Counted from the first letter of the stretch, positions 9,345 through 19,911 are shown. The stretch: 43,433 nt of DNA from Candidatus Magasanikiibacteriota bacterium (GCA_021648085.1 JAKITS010000001.1:1-43433), one strand, 5' to 3'. The notes: a model not told the origin generated them from the sequence alone. Translations and numbers: made by a program.

Positions 9345-9581
9345 ATGAAATATTTTTTAGGATTTTTGGGAATTGCATTCGGCGTTGTTTTAGTCATAAA
9401 AACAGAGTGGTTTGTACAAAATTTTGGCACAAACAATTGGGCAGAACAAAATCTTGGTACAAGCGGAGGAACTCGTCTTATGTATAAGCTTATCGGGATA
9501 CTTATTATTTTTATTTCAATGATGTCTATTACTGGAATGCTAGGGCCTTTTGTAATGGGAACAGTTGGAAAATTGTTTTAA
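9345..9581 (+). CDS. Small 2-TM membrane protein
   Basis: Two hydrophobic segments flanking WAEQNLGTSGGTR. Confidence 0.7.
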   Translation: MKYFLGFLGIAFGVVLVIKTEWFVQNFGTNNWAEQNLGTSGGTRLMYKLIGILIIFISMMSITGMLGPFVMGTVGKLF

Positions 9582-9767
9582 GTAAATTTAGAGTTTTTTT
9601 CCGCTTTGCAAAATCTTTAAACCCGAAACCAAGTTTTTCTCACTTTATTTCTTGACACCAAAATGTAATTAAATGTTCGGTAGGTTTAAAATAAAAAAAA
9701 GAAAGGAAAATAAAAAGAACACTTCGAGCAAGCGAAGAGGTAAAGCATTTAGAACTTTTTTAAATAT

Positions 9768-10319
9768 ATGTATAGATCGGGCACTTATCTACTAGACCCA
9801 CATTTTATATTGGAAGAGTCTCACACAAGAGAGGGAATGCGTGTGGCTGATTTTGGTTGTGGTAGAACGGGACACTTCACTTTTCCAATATCACAAAAAG
9901 TTGGGGATAAAGGTTGTGTATATGCTGTGGATATCTTAAAAGATGTTTTACATAATGTGGAAAGTAGAAAAAGAGGTAAAGGGTTAAAAAATATTCATAC
10001 TGTTTGGGCTGACATAGAAAAGCTTGGTGCTGTGACAATTCCAAAAAATAGCTTAGATATTGTTTTTATTGTAAATACATTATCTCAGTCTAGTTTTAAA
10101 GCAGATATTTTAAACGAAGCGTCTAGATTAATGAAGAATAAGTCTAGGCTTGTTATAGTAGATTGGCATAGGGGAAGTCATAAATTTGGTGTTAGTCAAG
10201 ATTTACTTGTTAATTTTTCAGAGCTTGGAGATTGGGGTGTCGAGAATAATTTTGTTGTACAAGACTCAATTGTCGCAGGACCACACCATGCTGGAATTAT
10301 ACTATATAAACATGAATAA
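9768..10319 (+). CDS. Class I SAM-dependent methyltransferase
   Basis: VADFGCGRTG motif I, VYAVDI, LVIVDW. Confidence 0.85.
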   Translation: MYRSGTYLLDPHFILEESHTREGMRVADFGCGRTGHFTFPISQKVGDKGCVYAVDILKDVLHNVESRKRGKGLKNIHTVWADIEKLGAVTIPKNSLDIVFIVNTLSQSSFKADILNEASRLMKNKSRLVIVDWHRGSHKFGVSQDLLVNFSELGDWGVENNFVVQDSIVAGPHHAGIILYKHE

Positions 10320-10689
10320 TTTTTTGAGTAAAAAAGATATAGGGAATAATGGTGAGAAGTTGGCGGTAAAATTTTTGCGTAAAAAAGGATATAAAATACT
10401 TGAAAAAAATTACAGAATAAAACAAGCAGAAGTGGATGTAATAGCTTGGAAAATAGAAAGAAAAGAAAAAATACTTTGTTTTATTGAAGTAAAAACTAGA
10501 AAATTTAACGATGGAAGTGCAGAGCGAGCGGTAGATTATAAAAAAATACAACACATAATGTGTGGTGCTAGAAGTTTTTGTATAGAAAGAGGTGTAAATA
10601 TTGAAAATTCACCAATTAGTTTTGAACATGTTAGCGTCTTTACAGAAGAAAAAGACAAAATAAACCACTTTGTAATACCAATTAATTAG
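10312..10689 (+). CDS. yraN: YraN (UPF0102) family PD-(D/E)xK nuclease-like protein
   Basis: GNNGEKLAVKFLRKKGYKILEKNYR...EVDVIA...FIEVKTR; start ATG 10312. Confidence 0.85.
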   Translation: MNNFLSKKDIGNNGEKLAVKFLRKKGYKILEKNYRIKQAEVDVIAWKIERKEKILCFIEVKTRKFNDGSAERAVDYKKIQHIMCGARSFCIERGVNIENSPISFEHVSVFTEEKDKINHFVIPIN

Positions 10690-10694
10690 AGTGT

Positions 10695-10762
10695 TTGACA
10701 AAAAGGGATTTTAATGTTATTATTTTTAGGTAAATGGTAGCTACACAATAGCTACTTTTTTT
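10695..10762 (+). promoter_or_regulatory. nusA promoter and leader terminator-like hairpin
   Basis: TTGACA-17-TATTAT with TG extension; GTAGCTA-CACAA-TAGCTAC plus T7 at 10737-10762. Confidence 0.65.
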
Positions 10763-10799
10763 ACAACCTAATTTAAAAAAAGATAAATAATTTAAAAAT

Positions 10800-12227
10800 A
10801 TGGCATCAGAAATTATTAAATCAATTCAATTTCTTTGTAATGAAAAAGGATTGGAATATGAAACTGTAATGGAGGCATTAGAGTTTGCTTTGGCAGCAGC
10901 TTATAGAAAAGATTTTGGAGATAAGCAGCAAAATATAAAAGTTCATTTTGACCCAGAGACAGGTGATATGAAAGTTTGGGATGAAAAAGAAGTTGCAGAA
11001 GACTATGATTTGGAGGAGTTGGAAAAGTCACAAGAAAGATTGGCAGAGCTTAGAGAAATTGCTCATATGGAGCGTCGTGAGTTGGAAGAGGATGAGATGG
11101 AAGGGTTGATACGCTTTAATCCAAAAAATCAAATGATGATTTCAGAGGCAAAAAAGATCAAAAAAACAGCAAAACTTGGCGATATTATAAAGATAGACTT
11201 GGAAATACCTGGTGATTTTGGAAGAATGGCAGCACAAACAGCAAAACAAGTTATTATCCAAAAAATTCGTGAAGCAGAAAGAAACAGTGTTTTTGAGGAT
11301 TTTAAAAATCAGGAAGGTGATATAGTACAAGGTGTAATCCAAAGAAGAGACAGCAGAAGTGGTGTCGTAATTATAGATTTAGGAAAGATTACTGGTATTT
11401 TGCCTGTTGTAGAGCAGGTCCAAAGAGAACGCTATATACCAGGAAATAGAATGACTTTTTTCGTACAATCTGTAGATATGGGAAATAGAGGACCAGAAAT
11501 TATACTTTCACGCACAAATATAAAAATGGTTGAGGTTGTTTTCGATAAAGAAATTCCAGAAATTAATACAGGTGAGGTCGTTATAAAAGCAATTGCGCGT
11601 GATGCTGGAAGTCGTTCAAAAGTTGCAGTATTCACAAAAGATGAATCTGTTGACCCAATTGGGTCTTGTATTGGTCAGCGTGGAAGTCGTATTAATACTA
11701 TAATAGATGAACTTGGTGGAGAGAAAATAGATATAATTCATTTCGATGAAAAAGTGGAGACATTTATAAAAAATTCACTCGCTCCAGCAAAAATAGAAAC
11801 AGTTGTTTTAAATGAAGAAGAAAAAACTGCAGCTGTAAATGTAAAAGAAGATCAGCTTTCTTTAGCAATTGGTAGGGGTGGTCAAAATGTAAGATTGGCC
11901 ACAGAATTGACTGGTTGGAGAATTAAGGTGGTTCAAGTAGATGAAGAAGGAGGAGAAGTTGATGAGGAAAATAAAGAAGAGTCGCCTAACGAAAAAGAAG
12001 TTTCCACAGAAGAAAAAGTGGAGGAAGTGAAAGAGGAAACTCCAGTTGAAGAAAAAGCTGAGGAGAAAACTAAAGAGGTTGTAGAAGAGAAGGTTGAGGG
12101 TGTAAAAGAAGAAACATCTGAAGAAGTTGCTGAAAAAAAGACTGAAGAGACAAAAGAAGAAGCTCCAGTAGAAGGAAAAACTGAAGAATCAAAAGAAGAG
12201 GTTGAGGAAATTAAAGAAGACAAATAA
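10800..12227 (+). CDS. nusA: Transcription termination/antitermination factor NusA with acidic C-terminal tail
   Basis: FGRMAAQTAKQVIIQKIREAER, S1/KH domains, AIGRGGQNVRLA. Confidence 0.97.
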   Translation: MASEIIKSIQFLCNEKGLEYETVMEALEFALAAAYRKDFGDKQQNIKVHFDPETGDMKVWDEKEVAEDYDLEELEKSQERLAELREIAHMERRELEEDEMEGLIRFNPKNQMMISEAKKIKKTAKLGDIIKIDLEIPGDFGRMAAQTAKQVIIQKIREAERNSVFEDFKNQEGDIVQGVIQRRDSRSGVVIIDLGKITGILPVVEQVQRERYIPGNRMTFFVQSVDMGNRGPEIILSRTNIKMVEVVFDKEIPEINTGEVVIKAIARDAGSRSKVAVFTKDESVDPIGSCIGQRGSRINTIIDELGGEKIDIIHFDEKVETFIKNSLAPAKIETVVLNEEEKTAAVNVKEDQLSLAIGRGGQNVRLATELTGWRIKVVQVDEEGGEVDEENKEESPNEKEVSTEEKVEEVKEETPVEEKAEEKTKEVVEEKVEGVKEETSEEVAEKKTEETKEEAPVEGKTEESKEEVEEIKEDK

Positions 12228-12229
12228 AT

Positions 12230-12961
12230 ATGCAAGAATTATTTCAAGCAATATTATACCAACCAATTTTTAATGCATTGGTTGCACTTTACAATGTGAT
12301 TCCAGATGTGGGTGTTGGAATTTTGATTATTACAATTATAATCAAATTTGCACTTTATCCACTTACAAATATATCTCTAAAATCACAGAAAAAACTTACA
12401 GATATTCAACCAAAATTGGCGGAACTGAAGAAAAAATATAAAGATGATAAACAGACTTTGGCAGCAGAAACAATGAAGATGTACAAAGAAAGTAATGTAA
12501 ATCCACTTTCTTCTTGTTTGCCGATGTTATTGCAATTGCCGGTATTTTTAGCACTTTTCTGGGTGTTAAAAGATAGTCTTGGGACTACAGATTTTAGTTT
12601 ACTTTATTCATTTGTAAGCGCTCCAGAGGTTTTAGATCCAATGTCTTTGGGATTTATTGATTTGAGCAAATCAAACATTGTGTTGGCAGTTTTGGCTGGT
12701 GCAGCACAGTTCTGGCAAGCCAAGATGATGCAAACGAAGAAAGCTCCAAAGGTGGCAGGAGAAGGTGCAAAAGACGAAAATATGCTTTCTTCTATGAACA
12801 AGCAGATGCTTTACTTTATGCCTGTTCTAACAGTAATTATAGGTATGCAGCTTGCAGGTGGGGTAGCGCTTTATTGGTTCTTGTCTACACTTCTTACAGC
12901 TTTACAGCAGTTGTTTATTCTCAAAAGAGACAAGAAATCAGAAGTTGAGGTTATTTCTTAA
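12230..12961 (+). CDS. yidC: Membrane protein insertase YidC (short form)
   Basis: IQPKLAELKKKYK, VNPLSSCLPMLLQLPVF, ALYW. Confidence 0.92.
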   Translation: MQELFQAILYQPIFNALVALYNVIPDVGVGILIITIIIKFALYPLTNISLKSQKKLTDIQPKLAELKKKYKDDKQTLAAETMKMYKESNVNPLSSCLPMLLQLPVFLALFWVLKDSLGTTDFSLLYSFVSAPEVLDPMSLGFIDLSKSNIVLAVLAGAAQFWQAKMMQTKKAPKVAGEGAKDENMLSSMNKQMLYFMPVLTVIIGMQLAGGVALYWFLSTLLTALQQLFILKRDKKSEVEVIS

Positions 12962-12969
12962 TTAAAATA

Positions 12970-13013
12970 TTTAAAACAAAAAACTGTGAAAATTCACGGT
13001 TTTTTGTTTTAAA
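12970..13013. terminator. Intrinsic terminator after nusA-yidC
   Basis: AAAACAAAAAACTGTGAA/TTCACGGTTTTTTGTTTT. Confidence 0.75.
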
Positions 13014-13045
13014 AATATACAAACTTTGATTTTACATATACACTA

Positions 13046-13097
13046 TAAGGGACTGTTAGAAAATTTAATAGAAATGATGTTTAATAACAGTCCTTAA
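13046..13097. repeat. Short inverted-repeat element (possible MITE remnant)
   Basis: TAA-GGGACTGTTA...TAACAGTCCT-TAA. Confidence 0.4.
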
Positions 13098-13101
13098 ATA
13101 T

Positions 13102-14052
13102 ATGGATAAAGAATTCAAAAATTCAGTGCTCAGCACTTTGGCTTATTTTGATATATTCAAACACCCTTTAGAATCTAGGGAGTTATATTTTTATTTGTGG
13201 GGATTGGAGCGCAAGATGAGTTATTATGATTTTTTGATAGATTTGAAAGAGATGGTGGAGAAAAATTTAGTTGAGTTTAAAAATGGATATTATTTTTTTT
13301 CAGGTCGCTCGGATTTGATAAAAATTCGTGAGAGTAAGGTACGGTATTTGGATAAGAAAATGAAAATAGCAAAGCGTGGTGTAAAGCTGATTCGTTTTAT
13401 ACCTTTTGTTCGTGCTGTTTTTGTATGCAATACTGTTGCTTCGTCCACAGCTGGAGAGGGTAGTGATATAGACCTTTTTATAATTATAAAACACGGTCGT
13501 ATTTGGCTTTCGCGTTTTTTAGTTATAGTACTTTTTATACTACTTCGTCTTCGTATCACAAAAAAGAAAATGAGTAATAAGTTTTGTCTAAGTTTTTTTA
13601 TTACAGATAAAAATTTAGATTTATCGCGTGTTAGCATTCCTGGTGATGATATTTATTTGGCGTATTGGATTAGTCATCTTATTCCAGTTTATGATCCAGA
13701 TAATTTTTTGAAAAGAATTATCAAAGAAAATGGTTGGGTAAAAAACATACTTCGTCATTTTGGGCGTGCTAGAAGTGTCGGTATGTCTTGGAATGTTAAT
13801 AGATTAAAGCGTGGTTTTGGATTTGTAAAATTCTTTGAAAAAATATGGGGAACTTCTTATGGAGATTTGTTGGAAAGTCAATCTCGTGGACTTCAGATGT
13901 CCAAAATGCGTAAAAATAAAAGTATACAAAATGAACTAGATAATAGGGTTGTAATAAATGACGAAATGTTAAAATTTCATGAAAATGACAGACGAGAATT
14001 CTATAGAACAAAATGGCAAGAAAAATGTGTGGAATATGGGGTTTTTGAATAA
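13102..14052 (+). CDS. Pol-beta-type nucleotidyltransferase-domain protein
   Basis: VRAVFVCNTVA...GSDIDLFII motif. Confidence 0.7.
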   Translation: MDKEFKNSVLSTLAYFDIFKHPLESRELYFYLWGLERKMSYYDFLIDLKEMVEKNLVEFKNGYYFFSGRSDLIKIRESKVRYLDKKMKIAKRGVKLIRFIPFVRAVFVCNTVASSTAGEGSDIDLFIIIKHGRIWLSRFLVIVLFILLRLRITKKKMSNKFCLSFFITDKNLDLSRVSIPGDDIYLAYWISHLIPVYDPDNFLKRIIKENGWVKNILRHFGRARSVGMSWNVNRLKRGFGFVKFFEKIWGTSYGDLLESQSRGLQMSKMRKNKSIQNELDNRVVINDEMLKFHENDRREFYRTKWQEKCVEYGVFE

Positions 14053-15523
14053 AAAAATAGATTTTTTAAAAGCTAGTAAAATTTCACTAGCTTTATTTTT
14101 GTTCGTCTTACCTTGGCAAACGGTATATATTTTTAGAGAAGTTTTTTGGGAAAGTACAAAGTGGCAATACGGAACTTTAAATTTTTATTTTTTTGAAGTT
14201 GTTTTGTGGTTTTTTATTTTTTTTGGTTTTTCTTACTTTTGGAAAAATAAAATTAAAAATTTTAAAAACCTAAAAACACGGGAACTATCTTCAGGTATCA
14301 TTTTTACTAAAACCTATAAATTTTGGCTACGACTTCAAGAAAAAAGTTGGTCTATACTGTGGTATAAGCAAAAATTTTTCTTTTCGTCGCGCTCAAAATT
14401 TAAAAGTTTTACTAACGAAAGCATATCTGAAAATAATTCCTTAAAACAAAAAATAATCCCAGTATTTTTCACCTCATTAATTTTTTTATTTTTAATAATA
14501 TCTAGTTTTTTTGTAGGTGATCCTGCTTTAGCTTTTCAAAAATTAAGACAAATTATTCAAGTTTTATTATTTTTATTTTTAATAATTTCACTCCCAATAA
14601 AGTTTAATTTTATTGTAAAATGGTTTTTTATTGGCTCTATATTGCCAACAGTTTTAGGTGTTTGGCAGTTTATAGCACAAAATTCGTTCAGCTCTACTTT
14701 GCTTGGAATTTCAGAACATCTTCCGTGGGTAGGTGGGTCGTCTGTAATCTCCAATCCAACAATTGGCTACTGGCTCCGCGCTTATGGAAGTTTTGCGCAT
14801 CCAAATATTTTTGGTGGGTATTTATTTTTTGTTTTAGTTTCTTTATTTATTTATTTTTACAATTCAAAAAAATATTCTTCTTTACTTATATTTATTATAT
14901 TTTTACTCCCAACGACCGGTCTGTTTTTAACATTTAGTCGTTCGGCTTGGATAGTATTTTTACTTGTTTTCATTATTACTTTTTTTATTTCATTTTTGAA
15001 AAAAAAAGATGCGTTTGTTCGTGCTTTATTTTATTTAAGTTTTTTTATAATTAGTTTAGTTTTTATATTTTTTCCATTAGTCCAAACTCGTATATCGGGA
15101 AATTCTATAACAGAAATAAAATCTGTGCAAGATAGAATGCTTGGATATTCTGAAGCTAAAGATTTGTTTATTGAAAATTTATTTTTTGGTGTTGGTGGTG
15201 GAAATTACACTTTAGCTTTGAAAGAAAAAAATCCAAACCTAAAACCTTGGAAATATCAACCAGTCCATAATATTTTTATGTTGTTTTTGGTTGAATACGG
15301 TTTGATTGGTTTTACTATTTTATTTGGTGGTTTGTATGTTTTAGTTAAAGAAATAAAGATTAAAAAGTGTCTTAATTTAACTACTATTCTATCTTTATGT
15401 CTCTTTATAATTTTAGGAATTTTTGATCATTATCTATACTCATTTTCTGTTGGGCTACTGCTACCTTCTTTATATTTTGCGGTTATTTACAAGTATTTTC
15501 TTGACAAAAAACACAAAGTATAG
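14036..15523 (+). CDS. O-antigen ligase (Wzy_C) family membrane protein carrying an in-frame palindromic insertion
   Basis: RAYGSFAHPNIFGGY, LTFSRSAW, GVGGGNY, PVHNIF; likely start ATG 14036. Confidence 0.88.
   Translation: MGFLNKKIDFLKASKISLALFLFVLPWQTVYIFREVFWESTKWQYGTLNFYFFEVVLWFFIFFGFSYFWKNKIKNFKNLKTRELSSGIIFTKTYKFWLRLQEKSWSILWYKQKFFFSSRSKFKSFTNESISENNSLKQKIIPVFFTSLIFLFLIISSFFVGDPALAFQKLRQIIQVLLFLFLIISLPIKFNFIVKWFFIGSILPTVLGVWQFIAQNSFSSTLLGISEHLPWVGGSSVISNPTIGYWLRAYGSFAHPNIFGGYLFFVLVSLFIYFYNSKKYSSLLIFIIFLLPTTGLFLTFSRSAWIVFLLVFIITFFISFLKKKDAFVRALFYLSFFIISLVFIFFPLVQTRISGNSITEIKSVQDRMLGYSEAKDLFIENLFFGVGGGNYTLALKEKNPNLKPWKYQPVHNIFMLFLVEYGLIGFTILFGGLYVLVKEIKIKKCLNLTTILSLCLFIILGIFDHYLYSFSVGLLLPSLYFAVIYKYFLDKKHKV
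14281..14440. mobile_element. Palindromic insertion element (copy 2), in-frame in a CDS
   Basis: Arms match the rnpB insert (41/51 and 43/52 nt, ungapped, counted by eye); own 18-bp imperfect outer stem. Confidence 0.8.
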
Positions 15524-15542
15524 CACAATCAAATAACACTAT

Positions 15543-15666
15543 AAAAAGAGCCTAGTGCTGGAGAATAGCACAGTCGTACGCCGGCATAATATCGTGTCTT
15601 TAGACAGGCATCACGGTCTTGTGTGCGGACGGCGATATGAGCTATTCTCTTACTCTGGGTTTTTTT
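15543..15666 (+). ncRNA. Candidate rod-shaped structured ncRNA (~120 nt), family unassigned
   Basis: GC-rich island; nested pairing GAGCCTAG/CTGGGTTT, GAGAATAGC/GCTATTCTC, GTCGT/ACGGC, GCATAA/TTGTGT, ATCGTG/CACGGT; upstream TTGACA-17-CACAAT. Confidence 0.6.
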
Positions 15667-15679
15667 AATACAAAAAACC

Positions 15680-15709
15680 TTGACATTTTTGGGAAAATTA
15701 GTATAAGAT
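15680..15709 (+). promoter_or_regulatory. groES-groEL promoter
   Basis: TTGACA at 15680 with TATAAG/TAAGAT 16-18 nt downstream. Confidence 0.55.
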
Positions 15710-15743
15710 GTCTCAAGAGGTTAATTCATTTAAAATACATACT

Positions 15744-16037
15744 ATGAACATAAAACCATTAGGTGATCGTGTAGTTATCAAAGCTGTAAAAGAAGAGGAG
15801 ATTACAGCTTCTGGAATTTTATTGCCAGATACAATTGATAAAGAAAAAAAAGCAGAAGGAGAAATCGTAGCAGTAGGACCTGGAAAAATTTTAGAGTCTG
15901 GACAGCGAAGTGCAATGGAGGTAAAAGTTGGAGACAAAGTTATTTTTGAAAAATGGGGAGGAGAAGAGATTAAGGTTGAAGGGGATGAATACAAAATTTT
16001 GAGTGCAGATAAAATTTTGGCAATTATTTTAAAATAA
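15744..16037 (+). CDS. groES: Co-chaperonin GroES
   Basis: [13 protein letters not shown]...TASGILLP...VAVGPG; start ATG 15744. Confidence 0.97.
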   Translation: MNIKPLGDRVVIKAVKEEEITASGILLPDTIDKEKKAEGEIVAVGPGKILESGQRSAMEVKVGDKVIFEKWGGEEIKVEGDEYKILSADKILAIILK

Positions 16038-17675
<1,638 letters not shown>

Positions 17676-17683
17676 AAAAATAA

Positions 17684-17724
17684 CAACAAAAAACCCGCGT
17701 ACCAAAACGCGGGTTTTTTTGTTG
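17684..17724 (+). terminator. groEL terminator
   Basis: AAACCCGCGT-ACCAAA-ACGCGGGTTT plus T run. Confidence 0.85.
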
Positions 17725-17750
17725 CCAAAAACTGATTTTTGTGCTAGTAT
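17722..17750 (+). promoter_or_regulatory. prfB promoter (probably leaderless transcript)
   Basis: TTGCCA-17-TAGTAT with TG extension, 6 nt before ATG. Confidence 0.6.
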
Positions 17751-17756
17751 AGACCC

Positions 17757-18866
17757 ATGAAAGAAGAGGTAAAACAACTTCAGGAGCTAAAAGAAAAAGT
17801 TGAAAATACTTGGGAGCTTTTGAAAATAGACAATTTAAAAGTAGAGCAGGAAAAATTGGAGCAGAAAATGCAAAGTCCTGATTTTTGGTCTGACGCAGAA
17901 AATGCAAAGAATGTTTCAAAAAGATATGATGGAGTAAAACAAGAAGTGGAAGTTTGGGAGAAAATGAAAAATGAAATAAATGAACTTCTTGAGTTTGGAA
18001 ATGAGCTAGAAAATAGTCCAGACGAAGAACTTCAAGAAGATTTGAAAAACCGAACAAAAGATTTGTTCACCAAATTTGAAAAGTTGGAATTCTATTTATT
18101 GCTTGGCGAAAAATATGACAAGGGAAATGCAATATTAACTTTTAGTGCAGGAAGCGGAGGTACAGAAGCTCAAGATTGGGCAGAAATGATACGCAGAATG
18201 GTAATGCGTTTTGCAGAAGACAAGGGTTGGAAAGTGGAAATGATAGACGAGTCTCGTGGATCTGAAGCTGGAATAAAATCTTGTATGATTAGAATTGAAG
18301 GGCGATACGCTTACGGATATTTGCAGGCTTTGAGTGGTACGCACAGATTGGTTCGTATTTCACCTTTCGATGCAGAAAAAATGCGCCATACTTCTTTTGC
18401 ATCAATTGAAATAATTCCAGAAATAGATGAGGAAATAGACCTGGAAATTGATCCAAAAGATTTGCGAATAGATACATTTATGTCTGGCGGAAAAGGTGGG
18501 CAAAGTGTAAATACAACTTATAGTGCGGTTCGTATAGTCCATCTTCCAACAAACATTACAGTACAATGCCAAAACGAACGCTCTCAACTTCAAAACAAAG
18601 ATACCGCAATGAAGGTGTTGCAATCAAAACTTCAGAAATTAAAAGAAGAGGAGTTGAAAAAAGAAAAGCAAGAATTGCGAGGTGAATACAAAAGTGCTGA
18701 ATGGGGAAATCAGATAATTTCTTATGTTTTGCATCCTTACAAAATGGTAAAAGATTTGCGTTCAAAATATGAAACCGTAGATACAGAAAAAGTATTAAAT
18801 GGTGAATTAATAGAACTTGCAGAAGCGTATTTAAGATGGAAAAAGGGAGAAAAGCAGAATAAGTAG
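17757..18866 (+). CDS. prfB: Peptide chain release factor 2, continuous ORF
   Basis: SPF motif (RISPFD), GGQ motif, RHTSFA. Confidence 0.96.
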   Translation: MKEEVKQLQELKEKVENTWELLKIDNLKVEQEKLEQKMQSPDFWSDAENAKNVSKRYDGVKQEVEVWEKMKNEINELLEFGNELENSPDEELQEDLKNRTKDLFTKFEKLEFYLLLGEKYDKGNAILTFSAGSGGTEAQDWAEMIRRMVMRFAEDKGWKVEMIDESRGSEAGIKSCMIRIEGRYAYGYLQALSGTHRLVRISPFDAEKMRHTSFASIEIIPEIDEEIDLEIDPKDLRIDTFMSGGKGGQSVNTTYSAVRIVHLPTNITVQCQNERSQLQNKDTAMKVLQSKLQKLKEEELKKEKQELRGEYKSAEWGNQIISYVLHPYKMVKDLRSKYETVDTEKVLNGELIELAEAYLRWKKGEKQNK

Positions 18867-18908
18867 AGAAGTTGAAAGTTTATAAAGTAGAAAACCATAA
18901 ACACACAC

Positions 18909-19027
18909 GTCATCCTGAGCGATAGCCGAAGGATCTCACAACAAAAACACCAGAACTTTAAATATTCAAAGTCTTAATGACATTGTCACGAGATGTTTCG
19001 ACTCCGTTTCACTCCGCTCAATATGAC
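18909..19027 (+). repeat. REP/MITE-like family A element
   Basis: GTCATCCTGAGCG...CGCTCAATATGAC. Confidence 0.85.
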
Positions 19028-19107
19028 GTGAATAGAGTTTTCTGTTATGTGAATCGAAGACAAGATTTTAAAATTATATACTACTTCACTACAAAGTGAA
19101 AATAAAT

Positions 19108-19716
19108 ATGAAAATAATAAAAGAAAAAGACATTTCAATAAAAGAAATAGTAAAAGCTTTGCAGAGTGGTAAAGTGATTGTTTATCCTACGGAAACTTCA
19201 TATGGTTTTGGAGTAGATGCTACAAACAAAGAAGCTGTAAATAAAATTTTTAAAATTAAACAAAGACAAAAAGGAAAACCTGTTTTGGTCGTGATGCCAA
19301 ATATTCATATGGCAATGGAATATGTAGAATGGAGTGAAAAATTGGATGAATTGGCACAAAAATATTGGCCAGGTCCGCTTACAGTTGTAGTGCCAACAAA
19401 AAATAATCACAATTTGGCGTCTGGGGTTGTGGCAGGTGATAACACTCTTGCATTTAGAATTTCTAGCCATCCACTTGTCGCAGAATTGACACAAAAACTT
19501 GGAAAGCCAATTGTCTCAACATCTGCAAATTTGGCATCTCAAAATGATCCGTACGACGCACAAGAAATTATAAGTATTTTTGAAAAAGAAGAAAATAAAC
19601 CAGATATAATAATTGATGCAGGAGAATTGCCAGAAGAGAGTCCTTCAACTATAATAAGATTGTTAAATGGTGAGTTAGAAGTTTTAAGACAAGGACAAGT
19701 GAAGATGAATCGCTAG
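19108..19716 (+). CDS. tsaC: Threonylcarbamoyl-AMP synthase (Sua5/TsaC/YrdC)
   Basis: YPTETSYG, KIKQR, WPGPLT, STSAN. Confidence 0.93.
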   Translation: MKIIKEKDISIKEIVKALQSGKVIVYPTETSYGFGVDATNKEAVNKIFKIKQRQKGKPVLVVMPNIHMAMEYVEWSEKLDELAQKYWPGPLTVVVPTKNNHNLASGVVAGDNTLAFRISSHPLVAELTQKLGKPIVSTSANLASQNDPYDAQEIISIFEKEENKPDIIIDAGELPEESPSTIIRLLNGELEVLRQGQVKMNR

Positions 19717-19794
19717 TACTTGATGAATGGCTTCGCTTGGATTAGAAAGTTCCAAATGTTCTATTTGTTCTTATTTAATCTGTCGCACATTTAA

Positions 19795-19885
19795 CGTTAT
19801 ATTGAGCGTAGTAAAACGAAGTCGAAATATCCCTATACAATATAACCAAAACACAAATAATTAAAATAAAACATTAACTCCTTTT
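19795..19885. repeat. Partial family A half-element with an AT-rich tail shared with 22524-22610
   Basis: GTTATATTGAGCG...GTCGAAATATC...AAATAATTAAAATAAAACAT. Confidence 0.6.
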
Positions 19886-19911
19886 TTCTTAATCCTTAAT
19901 TCTTTTCTAAT

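Noticed and set aside
11935..12227. Glu/Lys-rich quasi-repeats at the end of nusA
   Set aside because: Low-complexity acidic tail, common in such proteins; not a separate element
15520..15572. Possible CIRCE operator before groES (TAGCAC / GTGCT pieces)
   Set aside because: Orientation and spacing do not fit TTAGCACTC-N9-GAGTGCTAA
15543..15666. 5S rRNA or tRNA identity for the GC-rich island
   Set aside because: No CCGAAC or loop E motifs, no cloverleaf or TTCG T-loop
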